This document shows positions 27,648 to 41,395 of a stretch of 64,000 nucleotides of DNA, one piece after another. The first letter of the stretch is position 1. Every line of letters starts with the position of its first letter. Source of the DNA: Chrysomallon squamiferum (lineage: Eukaryota; Animalia; Mollusca); assembly GCA_012295275.1 (NCBI GenBank), contig CM022672.1:9238001-9302000 (forward strand). The letters are read 5' to 3'. The position numbers were made by a program, and so were the translations under genes. Below the pieces are notes generated by a model. The model was not told the DNA's origin. It saw nothing but the letters and a program-made list of their open reading frames with translations, and did not search any database.

Positions 27648-29381
27648 GTCAGTCCATGTCTGTCCCCAAAATGTTATGTAAACTTAACATCGATGTCCGC
27701 TTAGAGAATCTCTACCTGACATTTCGTGCTTTGATAAATGCTGAATTAAGACCATGACTGAACAAACTGTAATCAATTTAAAATATAAATGCTACAGACA
27801 GACAGACAGAAATCTTTGAAAGGAGTGTTTTTTCAGCTTTAAAACCCGACCATTGATGTTCTTCACACAATGAATTTAAACAAGGAAAACAACGACAGCC
27901 AGGCGTACATATGGACTTACAATCATATCAAACATCTCTTGTATTTTATGAAAAACAAGTAATATATCTATATCTATATATATATATTGTTTTAATCATA
28001 TGAAAGTTTTATCATTTAGAAATAACAGATAGTTTATTTTACTGTGCTTTGTGAAACGACGAGCAATATATTTTTTTTTCACACATGAAAGATACACAGA
28101 AATAACAGACAGATAAAAAAAATGACAAGAAATTCTAGCTATTATTTGCTGTGTTCTGTGAAATAACAAGCAATATTATTCATACAAGGACTGATTTATG
28201 AGTGGGAGTTCAGAGCTTGTCTTTTATTTTTCTAAATGTCATGTTCGACCCAGACGGGATCGCGTTTGACAAATGGTCGAGTTGTATGAAATCAAACTGA
28301 AAGACGCAGCCAAGTAGAAAATGATCATCTCGGAAAACAGAGGATGCAATATGCTGTCAACTCTTGCACCAAGCGAAATGAATAAAATATGAGTTACAGC
28401 AAACCCGTCTTTGTGCGACTCTGACAAAATCAGTTACTTACTGTTTTGCTGTTACATTTAAATTTTATTTGTCATTATTGATTTATGTATTAGTTATCTT
28501 TCATACAATCAATATTCTGTAAATTACTTATTTATTAATTCAATGTTTGGGTCTTTATCATAAACATTTATTGTTGTTGTTGTTGTTGCTGCTGCTACTG
28601 TTATTGTTGTTGTTTTATATATATATATATATATATATTATTACTATTACTATTACTATTATTATTATTATATTATTATTATGATTATTAGTAGTAGTAG
28701 TATTATTACTATTATTACTATTATTATTAGCTGTGAAAGAATGAATAGACGGATGGACAGAAGAATAAATGCACAAATAACTATTTAACGAGACATGACG
28801 AAATTCAGTATTACCAATTATTAGATGGCAGACGTTAAATTTCATATAATTAATAAATATATAATAAAAAAAAATAATAATAATTATAAATTTCCAACAG
28901 GAAATAATTTTTGCACATTTTTTTTCTAATTCCCCCCCACACACACACACACACTAATTAGTGTTCATAATAAAAAATAAAAAATAATAAAAAAATAAAT
29001 TATTAAAAAACAAAAAAAACCCAACCCAAAACACACACCTAATTGCCAAAAGTCAGACAAGAAATTTCACCCGACATAAAAATAACTAACTTGTAATAAC
29101 ATAATTATTTTGTTTAGTTTTTGTACGTGTTTCTCCATTTACGTTTGCTGTTACTAATTAGTTCAAACGTTGCAGCTGCCGACAGAACTTTATGAAAAGT
29201 GCAAACAGAAATTTTTGTCATTTTATACCACTGTCGTATCGAATTAAAAGCCAGTGCAGGAAACAGAAGCTACATTGCGTGTTACAGATAGGCCGTACAG
29301 TAATAAAATCGATTATATTAGTATAATGAGTAAATTATATCCAGTCAAACTTGATACATATGTTTTAACTTGAAGAAAAAA

Positions 29382-29464
29382 TAAACGACGTACTCAACAC
29401 ATTTTTATCAGTTATACGACGTCATACAAGTAGTTAAGGACGATAAATATATCAAAATATATAT

Positions 29465-29555
<91 letters not shown>

Positions 29556-29887
29556 TTAATAAACAGACGAACTTAGTAATAGCAGACAAACATGCAAGCA
29601 AGTGAATAGATACACGGATAAATATACAGATATGCAGAAAGAACAAATAGACAGACCGACAGACAGATAGATAGATAGACCGACAGAAAACAACTGTTTT
29701 TACAACAAAATGCCTCTTTTATATAATATTTCCCATTGACAGGAAACTATACACAGCGGCCTTTGGTAAACTAGTTATTGGGTACTGACTGGAATGAGAA
29801 ATTTCCCAGTGAGATCGCTGAAACGAACTGATTCTAGTACTCATCTCACATCAACCACATGCGCTAATCATAGAGCATCTACACGCA
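29382..29887 (-). mobile_element. Degenerate tRNA-derived SINE (Meta-SINE-like), interrupted by (AG)n and other simple repeats
   Basis: Blocks AACGACGTACTCAACACATTTT, TCTTTTATATA..CCCATTGACAGGA and GGCCTTTG..ACTGACTGGAATGAGAAAT are collinear with the copy at 33336-33644 and with the gastropod SINE consensus as I recall it (not database-checked). Confidence 0.65.
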
Positions 29888-30699
29888 GCTTTACTCTTTA
29901 ATACGCTGATGTGAAATTGTACTGACTTTCTATTATAACAAATAAAGAAATTCTAAATTGAAACTGTACTTAAAATGAACCTTCTGGACTGCAAAAAAAA
30001 TAGCCATTCACTTGCCTGCATGTTTATCTGCTGTTATATATCTGATAAAAATGTGTTGAGTACATCGTTTACTTCTTACAGTTTGTTTTTGCTGTATATA
30101 TCTATATGATAGTGATCTCAGAAAAAATGCGTTTTTTGGACGTACTATACAACTGCCAAACTTTTATGTACATATACAAAGAAAATTAACTCTGAGTCAT
30201 GAATTTATGTTAAAACTGCAATTACTGGTGAAAGAGATAATACTGCATGATATGTTTCGTAAAAAAAATATAGTATAAAATGATTACGTGTTTAATCATT
30301 AGCACATAGTTTCAAAATTTAATGGCAAGATAGAAAAAGTATAGGTAGATGATTACTAAAACATGCCTAAACCATACACCGTGAAGATTAATTAACAAGT
30401 TATGCGTGTGAATGGTCCCGGTAGAATGTACACCGACGAGAAAGTATTTTTAATTTGTTTTGCATTGATTTTTTGCTCAGTGTATTTTTCAATATTTGAT
30501 AAATAGTCAGATACGTCCTCCAGGTCATTCGTAATTTTACACCAAAACTTACAGTAACGACAATGTAATTATCCCTGACCACATTAAAACTGAATTTGAC
30601 ATAGAAACAAACACATCGTGTTTGCCGATGTAAGTGGCTATGTTAATCGAATTAACCTGATATCTGTTGGCTTCAATAAATCACTAACTCCAGATACGT

Positions 30700-31294
30700 T
30701 ATGGATCAATTTGTTTAGATGTTAACATTGTTAACACTTTCGCGTCAAGTCCACGGGCCAAACTATTTGGGTTGTTTATTTTGATTGAAGTTAATTCATC
30801 TTGATGCACGTGTTCGTCGGAACCTCTTAAGCAGCATCGTGAGTTTCGTGTTCGGCATTTCCCAACAGTCCTACTGCAGGAACTACCGGGGAACTAATTC
30901 AATCAATAAAGTCCAACACTAACATGTTGTTCATTGGAAATTAGCCCCAAAAAGTATTAGCCGACGAATATTTTCGCTTGTTTAAAGAATGTGCTTTTGA
31001 ATTTGGTATACGTTGTGGCGTATCTCAAGAGGCCGGTGTTTGCTTTACGCGGAGTCGACATCTACGCTTCTTTTGCAAAATTGAGACTCATTTCCACCAA
31101 CATGGGTTCGGATCAATAGTTCCTTAATGAAGTTCTAAATGTTGACCACTTCTTTCTGTTTGTGACCGGTCCGAGCTCGCAGAAGCATTGTCCATAAGGA
31201 AGTTTGAAGGCAAGCCTGGGTGACATTTTAACACAAACGGAACAATACATCGACAGCATTAGCAGTGCCTGGTCTTTCTAAAGGTTTGGCGAAC
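30700..31294 (+). promoter_or_regulatory. Putative promoter/5'UTR island for exon E
   Basis: CpG-containing, repeat-free segment upstream of the ATG. Confidence 0.4.
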
Positions 31295-31365
31295 ATGAAA
31301 GAATTTATGAAAGTCGTGAAAGACACAATCAGAAAGTCGAAGTTCTATGTGTACATAGACAACGA
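31295..31365 (+). CDS. Candidate alternative first coding exon E (MKEFMKVVKDTIRKSKFYVYIDN-GA|, phase 2)
   Basis: aacATG; upstream in-frame TAA at 31229 with no intervening in-frame ATG; 23 codons + 2 nt; donor CGA|GTAAGT at 31366; at the end of island ~30700-31370. Confidence 0.72.
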
Positions 31366-32164
31366 GTAAGTACAGGCTTTATGTTTTTGACTTGTCAGCG
31401 TTTTTCCGACGTTATCTCAATGTAGATATAGTATCATGTTTAAACTTTATTCTTTTCATAACCTAATACGGTTTGTTAATCATGCTGATGTTCGTTTTTG
31501 ATCTTCCCGCGTTGGCAAGTTTTACGTCAAAACAGTTAAAATATTATATTAATATTTTATTGCTACCGAAATTTTGCCAATAGAAACATTCTTTCATTTT
31601 GTTAAAAAAACAACAACTTTAAACATAACTAATATTGTCTTTAAACAATATAATTTATTGCTATATTTAATACCTTCCAGGCTTTTTAAAAAAAAAAAAA
31701 AAATGTACTCCTATGTTTGTACCTTTCTTTCGATATCTTTTTAAAGCATTTCTTTCTGATTTCTTATTTCTTATTAGCTATAGATGTAATCTGGCTCTCT
31801 AACCTTCTAGCAAATATTACATTTGGTATAAGCTAACACTGCAAATGTGACTACATTTTAAGCAATTCTTTATTACCTTTTTAATGTTTATTATAGAATT
31901 TATAATTACTGTATATTTATTTTGTATGTAATATAAAACAGTATGAGAGTTTTTATTGAATGATGAAACTTATTATTTACATTTATTATTACATGGTTGT
32001 CAGGCTTTCAAGGTTTATCATATGATTTTGATTTAGTATGTATCATGATGCTTCAACTGTTTTGATTTGTTGAACATACTCATAAATATATTCATATACT
32101 CAGTACTCATAATTGCGAAATTTCATCTTAGACACTGAGAATGATCAACAGTAACTACGATTTA

Positions 32165-32600
32165 ACTGGTAGTAGTAGTTGTAGTATCAGTAATAGCAGC
32201 AGCAACAATAGTAGTCGTAGTAGTAGTAGTAGCGGTGTTGGAGAACTAGGAGTAGTAGAAGCAGCAGAGGTAGTAATACTAGCAGTAGTAACATAACAGT
32301 AATTGTACCAGTTTAGTAACTGAAGTAGTACTTGTATAGTAGTAAAAGCTATTATAATACTAGCAGTTGAAGTAATAGTAGTAATGGCAGTAGAAGTAGT
32401 AGTAGTAATAGAATTAATAGTAGTAGTAGTAGTAGTAATAGAATTAATAGTAGTAGTAGTAGTAGTAATAAATTAATAGTAGTAGTAGTAGTAGTAATAG
32501 TAGTAGTACAAATAGTAGTAGTAGTAGTAGTAATAGCAGTAGTACAAATAGTAGTAGTAGAAGCAATGACAGTAGCACCGTAGTAGTAGTAGTAATAATA
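32165..32600. repeat. Imperfect (TAG)n low-complexity tract
   Basis: Directly visible. Confidence 0.9.
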
Positions 32601-32659
32601 GAAGCTGTGAAATGCACAGATGCATTTCCTTATCCTCAAGACATCGTTTATAACACTTT

Positions 32660-32800
32660 CTCGCAGACAAGTCACCTCTTAGCACAGTTATTGATCAACC
32701 ATTGTTTGGGCTCTAGTTGTTATGGCAAAAAAGCCAATGGGCACGTTCAGGAGGATTGATCCTACCGCTCGTGACACCTTACGCTATCCCTTCACTGCCG
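32660..32800 (-). mobile_element. Highly diverged SINE fragment (same family)
   Basis: AGCCAATGGGCAC..GGAGGATTGATCC block is collinear with the other copies. Confidence 0.45.
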
Positions 32801-33335
32801 AAGGAGAGCATTGTTGATGTAATAATAGAAAATGAAATAGTTTAATATAGTAAAACTAATGCTACTAACAGTAATACATATAGCATCAATGACTGTAGAT
32901 AAAATAACATAAATTTATAATTAGTATATATATGCATAGTGTATATATACACACACACACATACATACATATACATTTATATCAAACTCTTTAGATCAGT
33001 TACATAAAGATGTATTTAAACATTTACATATATCAATTACGTTACTATTTGTTTTCTTATTTTGTAATGTGATACTCTATACATTTTTAAAACAGTTCAT
33101 TTGTTCTGGCGTTAGTAATTGATTATTTTGACTTTAACTTCGTTTAAATGGGTTGTGTTTATTCTATCGTTAAATTGTGATGAAGTGTTTATGTAAGCAA
33201 GTACGTTTTCAAAATGCTGTTGTAGATAATATTACTTTAATATTACATTATATTGAATTATACAATAATGTTTTAACTTGAATAAATAGTCTTTAATCCT
33301 AAGATTCTAAGTAAGTGAATGCTTGACTACGTAAA

Positions 33336-33644
33336 AACGATATTTTAGCACATTTTAAATATTTACGGATATTGGGCGTCAAACTTTTGTTGTTGTTGAT
33401 TGTATTTTTGCATATGATGAAAAAGAAATGAACCATTGCAATCATTCTGAGGTTTTTTTTATTAATCAGTAGATTGGAATCATTTTACTAGTTTCAAAAG
33501 TACATACCACGATTTCTGAAAAATTAGTTGTTAAGTCGTAGCTGGAGAGAGCAGTAGCCCCCTTTGGGAGCATCAAGGGGAATCGATCTTATGGCGATTC
33601 ACGTCTGAGGCCAGCTCTTTACGACTGAGTCACAGTACGCCCCT
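33336..33644 (-). mobile_element. Degenerate tRNA-derived SINE (same family)
   Basis: The minus-strand head GGGGCGTACTGTGACTCAGTCGTAAAGAGC...AGATCGATTCCCC has A-box- and B-box-like motifs; tail-like block at 33336-33380. Confidence 0.65.
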
Positions 33645-35927
33645 ATGTCAACCTTAATGCATGATATTTTAGATAAAAGCGTTAATTCGAGAACTGTCTT
33701 TATTTCTGGTAGAATAAATCAGAATGAAATAAGTGAAGACGTGCACGAAACATTTAGAACTGAACGTGTCACTGAATACAACTGGCAAAGGAATTACAAA
33801 TTAAAAGTCTCTGAAAAAAAATTACTTTCAAATTTAATACCATTGGATTATGTCATCTTAGGAAATGAACGATATAAATGAATTTGTTTTTATAACAAAT
33901 GAATGTTACCTGCATCAGCACATTAAATAAGAAAAATGAAATATCGATCGGTTTTAATAAGTTAACTGAGTGCAAACATGCTCATGAATGATGCCTGCAT
34001 TTAGCAATTAAATTAGTGATGCAATAAAAGAGGGCGCAACTGAAGCAAGTGCACTAAATTTGATTGAAACTTGCACGATGCGATGCGCTGTTGACTAATA
34101 CATCTTAGTATATGTCACCTCCAGTGCTTTGGGTTTACTCAGGGATGTCGAGGACCAGAATTCTGTCCTTTTTTATTTGCCTCAAAGTACTGTTGGCCTT
34201 TCTCGGAGTTACTCTTTGAAATTGTTCCATTACCACTTCTCGACAACGAACTGGTCATAAACATTTTGTCGAGGGACATTATCCGCATAACTCAATTGAA
34301 GTTTATTAAATAAGTCTTCACAATGTGCTTAAACAAATTGACATAAGCCTTCCCAATATAGAGAATATTTTTACGCAAGGTACGAACATCTGGTTTTCGC
34401 GTTACTCTGCCTTTATTGTAGAAAAAAGCACTAACGTGTCGTTTTTCAACGACTGCTTAATCTAGGAGAAGATCTCCAATTCTAGAGAAAATTAAGGTTC
34501 ACTCTGAAGCGGCTAGATGATGATCAATATTCTTTGATGAACATCTAAATGGTGCCTAGTTCATGTTTTACAAGACCCGACCGAATTTACTCAGATATTG
34601 AATGTAGCAGGCGATGAACCCAGACCTGTTAACTTTTGAAGATCTTCATTTCTTCGTGACACAAAGATTTTTTCTCGTGTGAATATGTTGAGTGATGGAG
34701 CCACATTTGGAGAAATCTGAAGAATGTGAAACAAGAACGCTAAAATTATATCTATCTCATGTATGGATTTAACAAGTTAGGGACCCAACGTTTTTCACTT
34801 CAAAAGAATTCAAATCTGACAAGCAGATTTGTTTTTTTCCAAAGTGATTAATCACCAGTTCGGGACGTTTAGGAAGACTCGAAGTCTTGAACATTCTTTC
34901 GAGATTGATACAAATATTGCCTAATTCTGATGTATATATTTTTTTTATAATTTTTTACTTTATCTCAAGTAAAAGTGGTCAACGTAATGATGTACTATGA
35001 AGACGTTGATCTCTACAATGTCAGATATTACCAATGGATATGTGGATATTTAACTTATTTGCAGCATACCATATTGTTTTTATGTGCAGCTGTTACTTGG
35101 CTGGCAAGCAATCAACTCATCTGGTGAAATACGTCAACTCTAAAATATAACACATAATAAACTTGAGTTCTGGTCTTCTGGAAAACAAATGGCAGTAAAC
35201 TAATAATAATAATTCATTTCTGCAACAGCAAGAGAAGTTATTTATCACTTGACAGTAACTGATTTCCAACAAGCCAGCGTATACTTCTAATAATTCTGAA
35301 TACCACTATAATGACTTTGTCTTTTATATTTTGTGAAATTCTTTACTGCGAAACTGATCAAGAAATCAGTCAAAGATATGTAATGTTTGTATCACAAGGA
35401 CGTCATAAATATCACAGACAAAGCCAAAGATTCTTGATATGATGTGTTCGTCTCCTTTCAGATATACATAATATATATCTGAGGATTTTAAATTCTTGTA
35501 GATAAAGTCAATTTTGACACCGTTATGCAGAACGATAGAAAACGATTGGACTACATACTTCTCACAGAAGATTTAATATGAGAATCTTGTTGGTTAATTA
35601 TTTTTATGTAATGCCAGATTTTATAAAGTGTCAATGAATGTAACAAACCAAAACAAACAAAAGTAAAATAAGCTAGGCGATAGTGAAATGAGAGCATTGC
35701 AGAACACTTCGTAATAGATGTTTATTGATAATGCTAAATCTCACACGAATCTGAATGTAACAAGTCAATAATATTATGACTGCCATTCGTAAAAGATAAA
35801 AAATTCCTTGGGGGATAAATTACTGTGTGAAGATCCAGGATTATCACGAAAATGTTCTCTTACATCTTGATTCAGAACTTAACAGTCTGAGATTTCAGCT
35901 CTGATTTTGTGACCAAGAAAATACAGA

Positions 35928-35956
35928 ATGTCAAAATTCTTTAAGGAATTAGAAGA
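35928..35956 (+). CDS. Candidate alternative first coding exon F (MSKFFKELE-GA|, phase 2)
   Basis: agaATG, in-frame TGA at 35910, 9 codons + 2 nt, donor AGA|GTAAGT at 35957. Confidence 0.55.
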
Positions 35957-36041
35957 GTAAGTTGTTTTGGAATTATTTGTTGTATGTGAAACTGATTTGT
36001 TCATAGGTTTTGTTATAACTGTCTTATGTCGTGGTGTTTAA

Positions 36042-36392
<351 letters not shown>

Positions 36393-36394
36393 AT

Positions 36395-36425
<31 letters not shown>

Positions 36426-38980
36426 ATCATATGTACTTTAATTTACAACTGCAACTGCACAGAGAAGCTGATTCTTGCCTGAACTATCAGTTTGAATTTC
36501 AATTATGTTTACCATGTGTTATCCCTTGCGAGTTCCGAGTCTCTTAAAAACAGACATGATCCGTAGCAAACAAGCGGCTTGCATTGGACATGCTGGATTA
36601 TTTGCAGCACCAAACACAGCTGTTTGAGTGATAGTAAATTAAGTGACACTTAAGAAAACAACTCTTGCTTAACGTCCTAATCGGATTCTAATCAGCCGCA
36701 GGATATTTGTATTATTAGTATTCTTTTTTTTTTTTTTTTAATTTATTTTCAAAAGTGGTGGCAGTCACTAATGTCATCATTATAGTTTGAACGCGTTTTA
36801 TAAGTGTCATTTTCAGTTTCTAAGACTCCGACAGATCATAATAAAAGCATTCACCTAACTGAAGGCTTTACATTGAATTAAAACTGTAAGAACATGTATT
36901 TCCTTAATGAGCTCTAGGCAAAGAGGTTTAATTAAAATACAAATAATAATACAAACAGTCTTAGAGATTATAATACAGATAATTTATTAAGACTTGTATT
37001 TTCCAATAAAATGTTTCCTTTGTAAACAGATACCATTTCTAACGAATATAATTTTCAAGCAAGTACTGAAATAAGACAGTACAGATTTTCGAAACGAGAT
37101 AATCGGAAATTATTTTCCTTCACAAGAAAAATACTGTTAAATAAGATCGTTTTAAGCCTTTCCTGTTGTGATACAGAGCAAAATAAAGCATTAGTTCATC
37201 ATATTAGTTAACCATAACTAAACCACACATGTGCAAGGGACTTCCTCTTAAAACCCATTTAAAACGACGTGGACATTGAAACGCTAAGCACGCAGACTGT
37301 ATTACATAAAACGCTCTTCAGACCACTTAGCCAACACCTCATGCATATTGATGACGTTGTGCAGCACGAACTCCTGGTTAAACCAACACTCCACAAGTCT
37401 TCCATTGTATTTTCCCTCCGTTCAGCCATATCAGCATTAAGGCTCGTTCGATTCCCTGGCAATCACGATTTGTTTGGAAGCACAGCAATGTTGTTTTCTT
37501 TTCTCTCAATAAGAACACGGAATGTTTGGCTATAATATGAACGGGCTGTTTGAGAAAATAACACGGCCAAAGAACCGGGGCCCACAAGATGGATCTACGC
37601 TGCCGAACACGATGGCATAATTAGAACTTATTCTGAATGCTCATTCATACATCCAGCTACATGCAAGTCTTAATAACGGGGTTCCATTGTCGCTGGAATC
37701 TTCTGCACGGCCATTCAGATCGGTGAATGAACATGGTGTACAGTTACACGAGGCTATTTGCAAGAGATCAATCTGAGTGTTTTTTTTTTTTTCTGTTTTA
37801 AATTGATGAGGAAAATGTCTTAGAAATGTGAAGCTAATAAAAAAAAAAAAAAAAAAAATGTTTTTGAAGTTAAGCTTAAAAAACCTCAGAAATTCAAAAG
37901 GATGAACGTTAAAGGTATAACCTACAAGCGCCATCATTGAAATCTTCGTTTGAAATGCTTCAGGGTGTTTCAAAACTGGTTTAGGAGAATAGAAAATTCT
38001 TCCTGTAGTTTATGATTAAATGTAACGATTCGTTCATTTATAAGAAGCTGTAAGTCGTTGTTCGTGACAGGTTGTTGAAATTGACGTAAAAGTTTTTATT
38101 TATTTATTTATTTATTTATTTATTATGTTTTATATCAAGGAATAAAAAGCTCTGATCTTTGTATTTGCCGTGTTGCAGGCAGTTTCTTTGAGAATAAAAA
38201 GAAAAAAATATATACATCGTAATGCATTACTTGCCTTTTTTTTTCCTTTCTTAAATAAGAAATGAAATGTATTTTTTATATATATGATGAATGTCATCAA
38301 ACAGCGCAATTACTGCCAAAATTTAACAAAAAAAAAAAAAAAAAAATATCGGCAATAGATAACCAACTTCTTGGTAATTCGCGATATATACAACATTTGC
38401 TGGCATTGAAAAATGTGCCTTTATTTCAAAATGCGATAAGTACCATACTATTTTTTGTGGTTTCGTGATGGAATTCTTCATAATTTTTTTAGAATTTTTT
38501 TTATATATAATTTAATTTAATTTTTTTAAATATTTTTTTTTATTAAATCATGAATATATTACAAGACATGGAGGCTCTAAATCTCTTTTTCTAGAATGGA
38601 AATAAGCGACCTGATTTCAAACTGAGACGTCGAGAAAGTAGAGCAATAAATATTTCCAGTGATTTTTTTTCTTCTCTATCTTCCGTTATAAGGAAATGCA
38701 TTTAGTCTTCAAAGGTTTTTTTTTTATCTATAGTGAAGACTTATTATATTTTATTATTTTGCTTTCTGGAATGCTGATCAGCGTTTAAAACTGTTCTACG
38801 TGCTTCTGGGGGCTTTTTTTCTTCTTTTTTTTGTTGTTGTAATTTTGCTTTTTTGTTTTCTGGAGGGTTTTTTGGGGGGTATTGTTGTTGTTTTTTTAAT
38901 ATAAATACAGTTCTTTGACTTCTTTCTTGTTTCTAATTATGAAATAACAGTAGCAGCAGCAGTCACAACAACAAAAATGC

Positions 38981-39016
<36 letters not shown>

Positions 39017-41098
39017 CGGCCGAGTTACTTGGGAATGTCATATTACTCCATGATTATAATATTAGAGGTCATGAACAATGCATAATGAAGCGTCTTTTGT
39101 CTATCACATTTGCTTTGTCTTATTTTTATTCATTCCAGTTATTATGCTTTTCTTTTTGTTGTTGTTGTTACTGCTTTTCTTTCATCTTCTTGTTTTCTTT
39201 GTTTTAAATTATGTTTCTGTTGTATCTGTTTTGTTTTCTGGGATTTTTTCCAGGTAAATCTTTTATTTGATGTTCTATGCTATTTTTTAATGCTTTTAAC
39301 ATTTTACGTCACTTTTATTTATTTATTTATTTATTTATATTTCTTTGCTTATTTATTTAGTTATTGTTGTTGTTGTTTTCTTTTACTATAATTTCTTTAA
39401 ATATATTCCTTTTTCTATTTTGTCGTATATGTGGAAACCAACAAACTGTTATCGTTTTCTCCTTCTTATTGTCGTTCCTTACTATTAAAAGCTTAACACC
39501 TACATAGTTAACTATCATTCTAAAAACGATTCTTTTCTTACTTCACACACCTAACCACGACAGGCGAAATTTGTAGTCTTATTACAGACCTTAACCATAT
39601 TGGCACCTCAGTCTGAAAAATGCAATCATCCTTTGTTGCCAGTTTGGCTCTGCTCTTTCAGGCGACTGACACGTGAAATACGTCTTATGTCAACCAATTT
39701 AAACTCGCTTAATGCAGCCATAATCCTTGTGCCATGTGGCAGAGCAGTCAAGACTCTTTTTTTCTCTCTCTCTCTCGCGCTTTCGTTCCTGGACAAGTTG
39801 TCTAGAAACAGCAATCAAAAGGCATCCACGATTTCGCGTAGGAGCTCAGGGCATGAGCTAGCTATATCTAACAAGCATCATGATTGAATTTCAAGTGGCG
39901 ATGTTGTCCGTTCTTATCGATCTCGCTGCTTGATGAAAGCCGCGATGCTTCAATGAAATTAGAGCGGTTTTCACTGGTATTCTTGGCGGATGCCACGTGA
40001 TTTCAAACATCTGGTTCTTTTAACTTTGTTCGCAAATAAAATGAAAAATATCGACTTTTCTTGTATCCATTTTGCCTACGTTTTTTTTTTTTTTTTTTTT
40101 TTTTTTTTCGTTTTCTTTTTCTTCTTCTTATTTCTTTTTTATTTTCAAATTTTTTTTTTTTTTAAAGTCTGGACTGGTTGACTTTGCTGCTATAACCTAC
40201 GTGTTTTTGATCTATTTGATCTATTGTGGGATTTGAGCTGTACGGGCTGTTAGCATCACCTGCTTGCTACTTGAGTGACTCAAATTAACAAAGTTTGGTA
40301 ATGACGCGACTTCCCATAGGTCTTTAGAAAGAAAAGTCCCAAAGGCTTTTGGTATAGAATGTCGTGGTCGTCTAATTAAATAAATCTCTTTGCTAAAACA
40401 AGGTTTAAATGAAATGTCGATTAGATTTGGTCAGAACATTCTGTCTTTTTCATATTCGTGTACGTAAGCAAAAATGTCTGCATTTATGTTTTTATGTATG
40501 TATGTGTATATACATGTATAGTAGGATGTATGTATAGTGTGTGTGTTTCTATGCATATTGATGCTTAGATTTTTTATATATATTTGTATGAAAATGTTTA
40601 TGAAATTCAGTAATAAATGGTAAATAATAATTTCGGATTTGACATCCAAATCAAAATAAACTAAAATGACAAAACTTTTCTGTACATGTCTGCTTATATA
40701 TTTTTTGGTTTCAGTCAGCTATATTGTTATAGGTATCTGTCATTAGATCACAATAAAATTTTTGTGATAATGATTCTAGGCTAATTTCAAAACCGCCTGT
40801 AAAATCAATACGTTCATATCGTAACATGATTCTCTCTGGGGATTGTGTTTGCTTAACTGGCATATTGTGTGTGTGTATGTTTGTGCGTGTGTATATGTGT
40901 GTCTGTATGTTTGTGTGTTTGAATGTGTGTGTCCGTAAGTTTGTGTTTGTGCTTTGATACTTGGCCATCTGTCAAAATAAAAGTTTACTATTTTACGTCC
41001 ATGAATATTCTTATGGTACGACAAAAATAGGTGTGTAGATGTGTGCTTATATATAGTGTGTGTGTGTATAAATCCGTATATAACTGTGCAGAGTGTGT

Positions 41099-41157
<59 letters not shown>

Positions 41158-41196
41158 TATATGAGATAAAAGGTACGTTTTTTTTACATTTTTGTC

Positions 41197-41395
41197 TGTT
41201 ATTTGTTTGATGCAAAACCGAAAATAAACTTTTTAAAATAATAAACATAACATACAAAAAAGGTGAACTCATTTTAATGAAATTTTTAATTTGTTATTTG
41301 TTTGATGCAAAACCGAAAATAAACTTTTTACAATAATAAACATTAACATACAAATATTTTATCAGTGAACTCATGCAGATTNCATGAAATTATTT
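41197..41395. repeat. Two-copy ~95 bp tandem duplication
   Basis: TGTTATTTGTTTGATGCAAAACCGAAAATAAACTTTTTA starts at 41197 and at 41292; an ambiguous base n lies at 41382. Confidence 0.85.

Noticed and set aside
33560-33644. tRNA gene
   Set aside because: Only decayed A/B boxes without a cloverleaf; it is the SINE head.
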